Source: Octopus vulgaris
Taxonomy: Eukaryota
Assembly: GCA_951406725.2 (NCBI GenBank)
Contig: OX597836.1
Coordinates: forward strand, 30,070,001-30,134,000
Direction: 5' to 3'
Length of the DNA stretch: 64,000 bases
Shown here in pieces: positions 38,438 through 51,734 of this stretch (position 1 is the stretch's first letter; each line of letters starts with the position of its first letter). The notes below the pieces were generated by a model. That model was not told the origin of the DNA, searched no databases, and worked only from the letters and a program-made list of their open reading frames with translations. Position numbers and translations under genes: made by a program.

Positions 38438-38570
38438 TGTGTGTGTGTATCTATAATTACACCATCTAATGAGTTTTGTATCTAAATTTAATTTTTTAAA
38501 TTTAATTTTTAAAGGAAGGGAGGTTGTTGAAGTTTTGAATTAAACTTATGAAGTACTTTTTTTGTTTCAG

Positions 38571-38668
38571 TGAGCAAATGCTTCCACACTATTTTCTACT
38601 CGAAAGCATTTTCTAATCACTGGATCCTCAACTCCTACTGCTCTGATAACACACGCCTGGAATGACAG
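38571..38668 (+). other. Candidate non-coding or 5'UTR exon
   Basis: Acceptor tttttttgtttcag and donor CAG|gtatgt. All three frames contain a stop; an ATG lies 7 nt before the donor. Confidence 0.25.
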
Positions 38669-39213
38669 GTATGTTACACAAGAGTGACATTTATTTGTAA
38701 TAAACATTTTTTACTTGCAAAAATACTTCCTTTCTGATCTTCACTCTCTTTACCTCCTAATGAAACCTGGACACAGTTTTTCATTTGACATGCAAGAAAT
38801 AGCAGTCAAATCTTCCTCAGACCATACCTCACCACCTTAAACCTATTAATACCAACCCGTTGGAAACTGCTCTGGTTTTATGATACAAATCTCCAGATTT
38901 AAAGCTATCTAAATTAAAACATATGAACAACATACTGGTTGATGTAGACCTATCCTTCAAAACAACACAAGGTGGTCACACTTGGAAAATCTTTTGATCA
39001 TAGGTCTGCTCAATCAGGTTTGGCTAGGGCTAAACAATAGCAATAAACACTGGCTTACCTTAAAGAACACACACCTACTTACTCATACACCTCACACGCC
39101 AATGTCTAGGGCCTTTCCACAAAAATATAAAATGTGACAACGTGCAGGACCTGCAAGAAAGAGCAGCTAAATTTCCCACAAATTTCATCATCCTACCATA
39201 AAGTTTGCAACAT

Positions 39214-39556
39214 AGGCATAGGCATGGCTGTGTGGGTAAGAAGCTTACTTTCCAACCATGTGGTTTTGTGTTCAGTCCCACTGTGCAGCACCTTGGGCAA
39301 GTGTCTTCTACTATAACCTGGGCTAACCAAAGCCTTGTGAGTGGATTTGGTAGACAGAAACTGAAGGAAGCCTATTGTGTGTGTATGAGTGTGTGTGTGA
39401 CAACCATCCCTGTGACTTAGCAGCTTGGCAAAAAGGAACTGATAGAATAAGTACCAGGCTTTAAAGAAAAACTGAGGTCAATCTGTGCAACTAAACCCTT
39501 CCTGACAGTGCTCCATCATAGCTGCAGTCCAATAAACGAAACAAGTAAAAGATGAA
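39214..39556 (+). mobile_element. SINE family A
   Basis: Full layout, diverged. Confidence 0.85.
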
Positions 39557-40812
39557 AAATAGACAGAGGATGTAGTCTTAGGAACTTCATAAAAGACAGA
39601 AAAGTCCCAGACAGGAATGCATTTTCATCATCGATCTATCTTGATCAGAGTTAATCTAGGCTACATAACAACAGTGTCTCACACTAATTTTTAGAGGTGG
39701 AGGAGGGAAAGGACCCAGTGATCCTGTAGCCCCCTCCTCACAATACTTGGCTGGTACCTACTTATTTTATCAAAATTTCTGGCAGGATCAATGAGGAAGC
39801 TGGCCTCAGTAGGGTTTAAATAATAATTGTTGCTCACAAAAACACAGTCACAAATTTGGGAGCAAGAAGTTATTCAATCATATTGACCACGGCATTTGAT
39901 GGGGAAGTGCATGGCTTAGCGGTTGGGGTGTTGGACTCATGATCATAAGATTGTGATTTCAATTCCTGCATCAGGTAATGTGTTGTGTTCTTGAGCAAGA
40001 CACTTCATTTCACATTGTTCCAGTCCACTCATCTGGTAAAAAAATGAGCAATCCTGTAATAGACTGGTGTCCTGTCCAGGGAGGAACATATACACCAGAG
40101 AAACCAGTAAACTGGAGTAATGTGGACTAACCACAGTATTTCAGCAACCCAGAAGGATGAAAAAGCAGAGTCATCATTGACAGGAATTGAACTCACAATG
40201 TACAAAGGTGGAGTAAATATCATAAAGCACTTAAACCAAGGTTTTTACCAATCCACTGTAGTAGCAGTAGTAGTAGTTTTGTGATTCAGGTAGAAGCCAA
40301 GAATTTTGAGGGGTGTGAGGAAGACAATATCATTGACCCTAGTATTTGACTGGTATACTTTATTTTATCAACCACAGTGGGATGAAAGGGGAAATTGATC
40401 CAGGCAGGATTTGAACTCACAATGTAAAGAGCCAAATCATACTGTCATAACTAAAGCTCCCGGGGATTACAAATACACAGAAAAATAAATGAATAATGAA
40501 CAACACCACCAGGCATTGCACACATTATTGAGGATTACGCTCGATGCAATACAAAACACAAAACCAAAACAAAACACTGCACATTGCCGATGCACAAGAG
40601 CTGCATGCGCTATGATGTGCAATGAAAGCATGCAATAAAAATCCAGCTTCTGAAACAACAACAAGAACAACATAGGTACAAGGCCATCCATCTTTGCGCG
40701 GGTATAGGGGATGCAGTAATTTAAATCAACTAATGTTTATTTTATTGAATCCCCACCATTCTGATCACCCGCCCACCAAGCGATGGGTAAAAAGTAATGA
40801 TGATCATCTCAG

Positions 40813-40830
40813 AATAATAATAATAATAAC

Positions 40831-40863
<33 letters not shown>

Positions 40864-40949
40864 TAATAATAATAATAGGTGTTGGTGGTGGTAGTAGTAG
40901 TAGTAATAATAATGATAATAATAATGATGATAATAATAATAATAATAAC

Positions 40950-41005
<56 letters not shown>
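40813..41005. repeat. (AAT)n microsatellite
   Basis: Directly visible. Similar tracts at 14155-14257 and 53965-54095. Confidence 0.95.
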
Positions 41006-41006
<1 letters not shown>

Positions 41007-41066
41007 TTTATAAATAAATGAAAAGAAAATAAATAAAGAAAATAAAAAGAAAAACAAAAGACATAC

Positions 41067-41159
41067 CTCCGAATCAATAAAATCATTCCATAGGTTAGTG
41101 TTTTTTGCCTGCAAATCATTGAGGCTACGTGACCAAGAGTGCTCGTTTATATTCCACAT
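41067..41159 (-). CDS. Candidate first coding exon of an unidentified gene (MWNINEHSWSRSLNDLQAKNTNLWNDFIDSE)
   Basis: ATG to a consensus donor GAG|gtatgt gives 31 complex codons ending in phase 0. The sequence is unique and retains CpGs inside low-complexity flanks. An internal tttgcag could instead define a 42-nt exon. Confidence 0.5.
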
Positions 41160-43376
41160 AAGGGATAATGATAATAGAGGAAGAGGGAAATAATGTAGGG
41201 AGAACGAAAAAAAAATATATATGTATATGTGTGTGTATATATATGTGTATATATGTAAAATGACAGTGGGCCAAGAAAGACAGCGAAAAAAAAAAAAAAA
41301 CTAAATGAAGTTGTTGTAGTTGTGAAGGAACACTTCTACATGGTCCATGGTCACTGGGCCTGCTTATAATTGATATCCAGCTTTCACTTCAAAATAGTTT
41401 ATGTATGCTGTTGTTTTTCAAAAAACAACATTGGATGAGGAGAATGAGAATGTACAGGACAAAGTTAAGGTAAGGTAAGGTAAGATAGAGAGAATAATAA
41501 TTACAAAAAAAAAAAAAAAATTGAAAGACAGAATTGTTACAGTTTGAATGATGTTAGCAGTGGGAGGGCCTTGTTGGAAATATTTAAGTTTGGCTCAGTG
41601 GTGGTTGAAGTGTCGGTAGCAATAGATGGAGATCCCTCTATAACAGTTTCACCACCAACTTCATTTGAAAATTACAAGTTAGTAGTAGTAGTAGTAGTAG
41701 TAGAAGTACCACCACCACCACCAATACTAATACTTCTTAAAAGTAGTAGTAGTAGTAGTAATAGTACCACCACCAATACTAATACTTCTTAAAAGTAGTA
41801 GAAGCTATAATACTAATACTACTACTACTACTACTACTGATAATGATGATGGTAATAAAAGTGATAAAAGTGGCCTCTGTGAAAATCCAGTAATCACTGA
41901 AGTTTGCTAGTTTACAAACTAGCTGGCAAAGAAAGAGACATTGCTTGTACTTCCTTCCTCCAAGCAAGGTAGGGAAAAAAAAGGCAAAGTACACAAACTA
42001 AGCAGTTAAATATGCAATAGAAATTAAATAGTAGGTATAAGGTGAGTGTCTTGTCTGTACAAAAGCTGTCATTCCAAAATTCCTGTCACCTCAATCCTGT
42101 CCTCTTACTCTCTCTCTCTCTCTCTCTCTCTCCACCAACACCTTACACATGACCTATAAATAGACAACAGTAGGTAGGTCTGCTGTTTGGGTCATATGCA
42201 TACATATACAAATATACAGTTTCCCTAGATTCTGTGTTTCTTACACACACATACATACACACACATACACACACACACACTGCCTGAGGTCAATTATACT
42301 AATATTAAATATATAAAAACATTTCTCTGATACACACCCACCAACACATAAACACACATGCGCACACACACACACACACACACACATACACACACACAAA
42401 TGCTGTACACAAACACACCTTTTGTTCTGATTCAGGTGAGACTTACAGTCAGAAACTTGGGTCAAAAGAAATCAGTAGTTATTTGAGAAATATTTTACTT
42501 ATTCATTCATTCATTATTATTATTACTATTATTATTATTATTATTTTTATCGTTTTCTTTTTTGACATTAGTTGCTACCGCTGCTACTACTACTGGTTAA
42601 TACTTAAACAGGTTGTTGAAGAGAGAGAGAGAGAGAGAGAGAGGTTAGTGATACAACAATGCACTGTCAAATACACGTGTATAATAATAATAATAATAAT
42701 AATAATAACACAGGTATCCTTTAGTCACAAGGCTGAAGTGTCTGCGAATCATAAATGAAAAAGTATCCACTGCATTTAATGGCAGAGTGTAGCCGTATTT
42801 ATTTTTTTTTATATATTTCAGTGGTTTACATACAGCTTGGAAATTGTTTCATCTGGAGATCAGTGCAGCTATATCAAGATTCTTTAGAGTATAAAATATT
42901 ATTTTACTTTTTATTCTCTGAAGCATGTAGATACAGCTGTGCTAATCACCAAATGAAGCAATTTGCAAGTTGTAGATAACCACTGAAATAATACAGTCTG
43001 TCTGCATATATGTAAGCATGTATGCATATATATCATAGATTTTTTTCCTGTTGTAGACAACAGAGGGTTCCACAATTTCTTGCTGAACATCCTGTGTGGC
43101 TGACTTGTTTATAGCAATGAAATATTTGTGCTGCACAGTAGTGATTTTTACTGCCATCAATTGACAATACCTGTACCATGATGTGCCACACATCAGGTGT
43201 TGAAGTGATTGGAGAGCGATGTGCAATGAAATGCTCAAGAACACAACGCATCACTTGGTCCAGAAACGGAAACCATGATCTTGTGAACTGGGAGTGTAAC
43301 ACCCAAACTACTAGACCACATGCCTCCCAATATATATGTGTATGTATATATACATGTGTGCGTGTGTATGTGAATA

Positions 43377-43765
43377 TGTGTGGTAAGTAGCTTGCTTACC
43401 AACCACATGGTTCCGGGTTCAGTCCCACTGCGTGGCACCTTGGGCAAGTGTCTTCTACTATAGCCTCGGGCCAACCAAAGCCCTGTGAGTGGATTTGGTA
43501 GACGGAAACTGAAAGAAGCCCGTTGTATATATGTATATATATATATATATGTATGTATATATGTTTGTGTGTCTGTGTTTGTCTCCCCAACATCGCTTGA
43601 CAACTGATGCTGGTGTGTTTATGTCCCCATAACTTAGTGGTTCAGCAAAAGAGACCAATAGAATAAGTACTAGGCTTCCAAAACATAAGTCCTGGGGTCG
43701 ATTTACTCGACTAAAGGCGGTGCTCCACCATGGCCGCAGTCAACTGACTGAAACAAGTAAAAGAG
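43377..43765 (+). mobile_element. SINE family A
   Basis: Close to consensus. Confidence 0.95.
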
Positions 43766-43818
43766 ATATATATATACATACACACACACATATATAAATG
43801 AGTAGCAGAAGTACAGAT

Positions 43819-43891
43819 GTTAATCCATTATGGTTGTTTCTAACGACCCCTTTAATTGGTTAATGAAACTGTTTTCATCAGATGAATTCAC
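43819..43891 (-). ncRNA. Degenerate type I hammerhead ribozyme
   Basis: Reverse reads gtgaattcat CTGATGA [34-nt stem II] GAAA caacca TA atggattaac. Stem I is aattcat/atggatt and the core is intact; stem III is decayed. Confidence 0.55.
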
Positions 43892-44577
43892 GAACTTCAA
43901 AATGAAGGACATTCAGAATGATTTAACATAGTTTAAAACCCATGGAGTAAAAGCATTTACAGTGATTCTGCTATTATTTCAGCTATTATTTCTCTCTCTA
44001 TATATATATATGTATGTATATACATGAGCAAAAGGACCCCCCCCCCCCGTCCAATGGATGGTGCTGAGTTGTCAAACATTTAAACCAAATTTTCTCAAAA
44101 CAACTTGTCCGACCAACCCATAGGCCTCCCTTTTGAGAAACACCGATTTAACCTAAATTTGAGACCCCAGCAAAAGAAGAAATAAAGATAGACTTTTTTT
44201 CTATTCCAAAGAAAAACGATTTTATTCACACAAATATGCAACCGAAGAGTTTAAAGTACTAGTAATGATAAGGCTGTTGACTGGGAGAACTCAAACATGG
44301 TTTAAACAGTAAGCTTGGCAGGAAAGAAACGTGCCTTTAAGCAGTACAAAAACATAAAAAAATGGAACGTGCAGTTATGTACAGGTTGATGGAAGAAAAG
44401 CAGGACAAAAATAGCTTTATCGATTGCATTCTCACCTGGAATCAATTTTTGTAATTTTTTCAAGACTTATACATGCCCTGATACCGTCGGTATCTACATA
44501 TCAAATCTGAGCGCAATTGGATGGAGGATGCCCAAGATCCAAGATGATACACACACACACAGAATGGATTTTATATA

Positions 44578-44624
<47 letters not shown>

Positions 44625-44635
44625 CACATGCATAT

Positions 44636-45088
44636 ATGGGTACAGGTTGTCACCAACAGTAAACAACATGAAATATGAAAACAAATGAGTTCAATATGCA
44701 AACAACGAGAGAAACAAATGGAAAACAGGACAAGTAACATAAAGAACAACCTTTCATCAGTTGTCAAATGTCTATCTACTCCTCATTTCAATCACTGAAC
44801 AACAATATGAGTTTTCGAAGACAGTTGCTCCCATAAGTACCAAAATAAAATTTGGGATTTATGGAGGGTCAAAGTTAGGAACGAAAACAGGACATACAAG
44901 GAAATCGAACGAAAACAAACATGGAGGATCATTAGACAAGAACGAGGGTAAAATAGCGAATGCTGGAGAAATATATTCTTTGACAAGAGAAAAGAAAGAA
45001 GAGAGAGAGAGAACACATCCAGTCCTTAGGACAGTCCTGAAAGAAAAGAAAGATGATCACGTGAGGAAAAGAAAGATGGACGATGATA
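44636..45088 (-). mobile_element. Unclassified element between microsatellites, possibly a Penelope-like pLTR
   Basis: CpG-retaining block bounded by (TA)n/(CA)n tracts. It has CTGATGA on the minus strand at 44754-44760 with no matching GAAA half. Confidence 0.35.
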
Positions 45089-45446
45089 TATATACACACA
45101 CACAGACACGTGCGCATGTGCATATATGTATATTTATGTGTATATATAGATATATACACATATATATATAAAACATTGTTTTAACATCCACTTTTCTATG
45201 ACAGCATGGGTTAGATGAACCTTATTGAGTGAGGAGGTTTTCAGATGCTCATTTTGTGACTAACATTCATGTTTCCTCACATGTACTGTTTTGTATGATT
45301 TGGTTAAATTGATGAAAAGAATAAAGTGAATTTACTGCAGGGAGTGGAAAATCCAGAGTTTTGCATAGAGTCCTTCTTCAAGCAAACACTGAAAGGACAG
45401 AAACTAATGAGAATCCTCAGAAATTTACATCTTCTAAGTTAGAAAA

Positions 45447-45637
45447 TCGAATAATGCCCTTGATCTTCTCCGGCACACCATAGCGTCATAAGATGTCCCA
45501 GATTGTCTGGCTGTTTATGCTGTCAAATGCTTTTTCAAAGTTGACAAAGCACAAATAGAATGACGTTTGCCATTCCATTGTTTGCTCCATGATGACTCTG
45601 AGTGTAACAGTCTGGTCCGTGCATGATCTCTTGAGCC
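45447..45637 (-). mobile_element. RTE LINE RT fragment (inverted 5' part of the insertion)
   Basis: Reverse translation RSCTDQTVTLRVIMEQTMEWQTSFYLCFVNFEKAFDSINSQTIWDIL*RYGVPEKI corresponds to the early RT motifs of RTE elements. Confidence 0.9.
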
Positions 45638-46309
45638 AATCACAATCAAGGGGGCACCTGTGGAAGACGTTAGTGAGTTTGAGTTTGTCTATCTTGGCAG
45701 CAAGATCAGCAATTCAGGTGGATCAGACGAGGACATCACAGTAAGAAGCAAGAAGGCTTGGCAAGCCTTTGCTATTCTTCAGCCGATATGGAAGTCCATT
45801 GCCATCTCAAATCGAACTAAACTCCACTTATCTAGTTCAAATGTAAAATCTGTGCTTTTGTATGGCGCTGAAACATGGAGAGCCACCTGCAGCAGCTACA
45901 AGAAGATCCAGACCTTCATCAACAAATGTCTCCGGCAGATCCTCCATCTGAAGTGGTTCGACAGAATACCAAACACCAGCCTGTGGGAAAGGGCCAACCA
46001 GGAGCCCATATATGTTCAGATTAGATGAAGGAAATGGAGATGGATCGGACCCACACTGCAGAAAGAACCCTCAAATGCGACACAACAAGCACTTGATTGG
46101 AATCCGCAGAGGAAAAGGAAGCGAGGATGCCCAAAGTAAACATGGAAGTGGAGCATTTTAGACGAGCTCAGGACCACTGGCCTGACATGGGAAGCAGCCA
46201 AGACCGCAAAAAGTGGGAAAGAACTGGGAAGCAGCCAATGACTGCAAAAAGTGGGTAACAGCTGTTGAGGCTCTATGCTCCACAAGGGGAAAAAAAGATT
46301 AAGAAGAAG
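45636..46309 (+). mobile_element. RTE LINE 3' part with (AAG)n tail
   Basis: EFVYLGSKI..SNVKSVLLYGAETW..FINKCLRQIL..RKWRWIG..WNPQRKRKRG, with in-frame stops. TSD aagttagaaaa at 45436-45446 and 46310-46320. Confidence 0.92.
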
Positions 46310-46459
46310 AAGTTAGAAAAACTGGTTGCAACTGATAAGAAATGCAAGATCACATGAGCTTCACACGTGAACAGGAAGTAGTTGGATATGCTTCAAAGTT
46401 ACACATACTGAATCTGTTGGTCATAGTCCTCTGAGAACAGGTGTTCTTGAATGTTGAAG

Positions 46460-46860
46460 TAGCTGTGTGGTAAGTAGCTTGCTTATGAACCACATGGTTC
46501 CAGGTTCAGTCCCACTGTGTGGCACCTTGGGCAAGTGTCTTCTACTATAGCCTCGGGCTGACCAAAGCCTTGTGAGTGATAGATGGAAACTGAAAGAAGC
46601 CTGTCATATATATGTGTGTGTGTATATATATATGTTTGTGTGTGTATATGTTTGTGTGTCTGTGTTTGTCCCCTGAACATCGTTTGACAACCAATGGTGG
46701 TGTGTTTACGTCCCCGTAACTTAGCGGTTCGGCAAAAAGAGACCGATAGATTAAGTACTAGGCTTACAAAGAATAAGTGCTGGGGTCGATTTGTTCGACT
46801 AAAGGTGGTGCTCCAGCATGGCCATAGTCAAATGACTGAAACAAGTAATAGAGTAAAGAG
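46460..46860 (+). mobile_element. SINE family A
   Basis: Close to consensus. Confidence 0.95.
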
Positions 46861-47229
46861 TATATATATATATATATATGAAATAGTCTTCTGGTACCAA
46901 ATGTAACACACAAGACACTGGGTCAATAACCTAAGGCAATGTTATAAGATAACTTGCTAAATTGCCCAAGGTTTCATATTGTCAGATCACAATCAGATTC
47001 ACATGGGTTGGTTGTGAAGTGGAACTTCATAACCACTCAACCATCCTGCACTCGACAAAGTCGAGTGTTAAGGGGCAGCGATGGGTAACTTTGCCTATCA
47101 ATCACTGAACACAAATCAGGCACAATAACTGAGATGGTGATATCAAATAGTAATATCTCCGACAGGTGAAATAGGTGAAGTTTAGCAGGATATCAGAGAT
47201 ATTAATCATTTTGGTTTAGTTTGATGAAC

Positions 47230-47560
47230 CAGAGAGGCGGGGAGAGAGAGAGAGGAAGAAAGAGAGGGGATAGAGGAGAGGTAGAAAGAGCGAGTGTCAA
47301 AGAAAGAGAGAGAGAGCGAGAAAGAAAGAGAGATTGTCAAAGAGAGAGAGGAGGAGGAGGAGACACACATTGTAAAAGAAAGAAGAGAGAAGGGGAGACA
47401 CACACAGAAAGCAAGAGATGAGAGATGGGGAGACATACTAAACAAAACAGAGGAGAGAGAGTGTGTGTGAAAGAGAGAGAGAGAAAGTGTGTGTGTGAAA
47501 GAGAGAGAGAGAATGTGTGAGAGAGAGAGAGAGAGAGAGTGTGTGTGAAAGAGAGAGAGA

Positions 47561-47595
<35 letters not shown>

Positions 47596-47622
47596 CAAGA
47601 CAAAGTGAAGAGAGAGAGAGAG
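47230..47622. repeat. (GA)n/(GT)n compound microsatellite
   Basis: Repeated gtgtgtgtgaaagagagaga units. Confidence 0.9.
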
Positions 47623-47845
47623 GTATGAAAACATTATTGTATTGAATCCATCTAGTTTCAATATAAAATGGATCTGACATTTGAAACGCATCTGAATAAG
47701 CCCAAACATGAAAACTACCATGAAGAAGCCTTTGTGTGGTTACATCAATCGATCTGCTAGAAATAGCAGTTAAATCTCCCACTAAGCATACTGTCTTAAG
47801 TAATAACGATACATTAGATTTTAGAGAATAAAAATTCCTCTATGC

Positions 47846-48075
47846 CAGTGGTTCTCAACAATTTTTTACCTATGGAACCCTTACATTCCTATTTTACTTG
47901 GGTGAACCCTCATAACCGTTCTGTGTTTAAGAAATCCTATTATACTTTTATAATTGGATATTATTAATTAGGAATTGTAAAAAAAAAAAAATTCTTAAAA
48001 TATTTTGTATTGTAGATGTATAACCAATTTATGTTGACCCCCAAGAGCTGTATGGAACCCGGTTGAGAAGCACTG
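47846..48075. mobile_element. hAT (Charlie-like) MITE with 8-bp TSD
   Basis: TIRs cagtggttctcaac / gttgagaagcactg, with TSD ctctatgc on both sides. A second copy lies at 52362-52630. Confidence 0.9.
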
Positions 48076-49717
48076 CTCTATGCAGTCACACTGGCTGCCA
48101 GAAATAGCAGTCAGATCACCTTCAAATCATATCCTAACATCTTAACAGTTAAGTTGGATTAATCAGAGTTCTACAGTGTGAGGATCACAGGTACGAGGTG
48201 TTCTAAATTGCAAGACTGTGCACCAGAGAGAACCAAAATGTGAGTGAGTGAGCAGCGTGTATGGATAGATAATGACACATACTTGCACCAATTGATTCTT
48301 AAAAGAAAGTGCGCTATGAAAGGTTATGCTGACACAAGCACTGTAGAGGTTATAAAGTAACTCACGAAATCAAACACCTGAAAAAAATTACACTGAGCGC
48401 AAGATTCCTCAGATTGTGCATTTTACCCAGAATATCGTGAAGTTGTGTAATATACTATCACTGCTTGGTTCAGACGAAAGACAGGAAAGATAAAGGAGAT
48501 ATTATTCAGTGAATCAGTAATTAAGATGATTTGATCTCATGATACCTTTGTTTGTAGTTAATGATGTGGACAGCAAAATATAATATACCACTAATGAGAG
48601 TTAGGCTGGTTCTATGCAAATCTATGTAAATATTACTATATTGATAATGACAACCAAATTGATTAATCAATCTTTTTCTCTTTCTATCTGTCTCTTTATT
48701 TCATATATATGTGTGTGTGTGTATCTGTGAATACACATTATGTATATGTATATATATTATATGGTGTGTGAGCATGTTTATGCGTGTATGTATGTATGTA
48801 TATGAAAGGAAAATAAAAGGCAAAAGAGATGACAAAGGAATAGACAGTGGACTCATAGTCGAGTGCCTGAGTAATGCATTATCGCTTCATTGGAACCTCA
48901 AAAATGAATTCTACACCAGGTTATTAGTATCACAATGCCTAAGTGAAATATAATATGTGCGTGTGTGTGTGTGGAGGCATGTGGCTTAGTGGTTAGGGTG
49001 TCAGCATCATGATCGTAAGATTGTGGTTTTGATTCCTGGACCGGGTGATGCATTGTGTTCTTGAGCAAAACACTTCATTTCACGTTGCTCCAGTCCACTC
49101 AGCTGGCAAAAATGAGTAACGCTGCAATGAACTGGTGTCCCATCCAGCCATCCAGTTGGGGAACACATAAACCATTGAAACCAGGAAACTGGACCCGTGA
49201 GCCTGGCTAGGCTTTAAAAGGGCTCAAAAAAAAATTTATATATATATAAAGTCAGCAGACTCACAGATCCGTTAGCACTTTGAACAAGACGCTTAGTGCC
49301 ATTCCTTCTGGCTCTTTACATTCTGAGTTCAAATTCTGCCATGGTTGACTTTGTCTATCATCATTTCTGGGTCGATAAAATAAAATACCATTGAAACACT
49401 GGGATTGATATAACCAACTAGTCCCACTACAATCAAATTTCAGGCTGTGTCTATATTAGAAACAACACACATGCATGTGTGCAGACACACACACAATTCT
49501 TCATTTGATCACAGCAAGGATTTGTAACATGTACATGCTACACACACACACACACACACACATACAAGCATGGATGTGTGGATAAAAAATTTACTTTCCA
49601 ACCATGTGGTTTCCAGTTTAGCTCTACTGTCTTCTACTATAGCCCCAGGCCATGGATATGTATGCATACATGTGTGTGTGTGTATGTTTCCTTGTCTTGA
49701 CTTTGCCTGATAGCTGT

Positions 49718-49937
49718 ATAAGGAGGTGCTGAAAACTTCCTGGATTTGGGCAAAAGAAAATACATGAGGACCAGTTACTTACGATTTTATTCAACATATT
49801 CCCCTCTTAGATTCACACACTTATTGCAGTAGTTCTTCATTTTTCCTACGCTCTGTAAAAGGACTCGGAAACTTGGGACTCCAGCCAGGCCTTTCATGAA
49901 ACACTTAAAGCCAGGAACTTTGTAGCACCCCCTCATA
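49718..49937. mobile_element. mariner-like MITE nested in a chimeric SINE (49567-50110)
   Basis: TA-flanked TIRs ggtgctgaaaacttcctgg / ccaggaactttgtagcacc. A second copy lies at 62448-63088. Confidence 0.8.
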
Positions 49938-51152
49938 AGTGAGTGTCACTATAACACATGCAGTGTTTTTCATTTCAAATCTTCCACAAAAACATGCCCA
50001 GCCACAAGGCAGTAACACCTTGCTTGGTAAAAGGGAGAGTCGGCAGTACGTAGAGCACCTGACCACAGAAAATCTGCACCAGCCAGTTCCAGGTGACCCA
50101 TGCCAGCACAGAAAAGCAGGTCAGCTGGCAGAACTGTTACCATGCAGGGCAAAATGCTTAGCAGCATTTCATTTGTCTTTATGTTCTGAGTACAAATTCC
50201 ACCAAGGTCAACTTCACCTTTCATCTCTCTTGGGGTAGGTAAAATAAGTACCATTTAAGGACTGGGGTTAATGTAACTAACTTATCCCCTCCTCTGAACT
50301 TGCTGGCCTTGTGCCAAAATTTGAGACCAATATTAATGAATTTATTGTATCTAGTGCTCAGGTGTACTACAACTCATCAGAAAAAGTAGCCGAAAAATAT
50401 GAACAGTACATAAAATAATACAGAGGAAGTGAACGGTGAATGAGTCATTTAAAAAAATAAAGAGAACAAGGGCATCAGGTGTCCTGTTGGCAAATTTCAG
50501 GAAGCATGGAAGTTTTGAAGGATGATGAAAACAGATGAAAAACCAGAAAAAGAGATAGAGTGCATGAAAGAAAGAAAAAGCCAGAGTAGAGAGAAAGTTA
50601 GTGACAGAACATCTGTATAAGAGAAATAGCAAGAGAGAGAGAGAGAGATAAATAGAGAGACAGAGAGTACCATCATCACTACAACCATCCACATCACAAT
50701 CACTACCACTATTAATACCATGCTGTAAGAAGGAGGATGGTCACTGCTGGAATACTTATTGATCTGATCAAAGGTCTGCAGAATCAGGTCTGACCTAGGG
50801 CTAAACAACTTCATTTGCATCATCCCGCTTTATAGAGAGACTCGAGTGACAAACAACAGTCTGCTAGGCCAAGGTGATTTTACAGTATGGAAAATATTGT
50901 TACAGTAAAGAATGCTACAGTGTGTATTTATTGTTACACTTGAGTTGAAGGTTGGTCTTGTGAATTTTTCAAATTGAAGGAACTAATGACATCAATGAGA
51001 GAATTTGATGGGGGGGGGGAGGTAGAGAGATAACGCAAAACTCTTAAAGTTCAATTTAAATTATTATTTTTTACATCAATACAAAGCAGTTTTGTATGTA
51101 ATACAACCTCCAAAGTTTTTTACCTAAAAATCAGCCACATATTTTTTCTTCT

Positions 51153-51353
51153 TACTGTATTTTCAGCATACAAGTCAACATAGTATGTAGTGTAAACATT
51201 CACACCTTATTGTTACCTTTTCCAAGTTCACATGGTATTTTACGATCTGCCAAAGTTGACTTGGTGTACAAGTCAACTTACCCTTTTTTTTTTTTTTTCC
51301 CCGCAATAAATTTTGGTCTGAAAAATTCGACTTGTAAACCGGAAAATACGGTA
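51153..51353 (-). mobile_element. pogo/Tigger-like MITE
   Basis: tactgtattttc ... gaaaatacggta; inverted homologue of 16225-16427. Confidence 0.75.
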
Positions 51354-51734
51354 CCACTTTTATTTCACAATGAAATATAAATGCTACTTGGCAAATTGTG
51401 ACCCTGATATTTTGTGTTAAATTTCTTGCATTATGTATGCAGAGCAGCCAAACCAGTGAGTCCCTAAAGTTATTTTCTATGGTATATTTTGAATACTTGC
51501 TTAAAGAACATAGCAATGCCAAATCAGAATACTCCAATGCAAACTTTTCAGTCCCAAATAATGGTTGTGGTTATGAAGTTGTTTTGCAAACAAGTTGGTT
51601 CCATGTTTGATCCCCCAGCTGAAAAAGCTTGGGTATGTACATCCTACTATTGTCTTGGATTTAGCAATAATGCTTCAGAAGTGGAATTAGGTAAACAGAA
51701 AATTTGTGGAAGCCCACAATCTGTGTGTATTTTT

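Noticed and set aside
40578-40625. Possible miR-92-family precursor (ATTGCAC seed on the minus strand)
   Set aside because: The hairpin is short and bulged, the seed is on the 5' arm, and the rest does not match miR-92.
41544-41792. 82-aa ORF and its antisense T/S-rich frame
   Set aside because: Low complexity; the antisense frame is bounded by stops and has no start or splice support.
44761-45171. 136-aa ORF
   Set aside because: TTG start, purine-rich repeat-like sequence ending in a microsatellite, and no recognisable domain.
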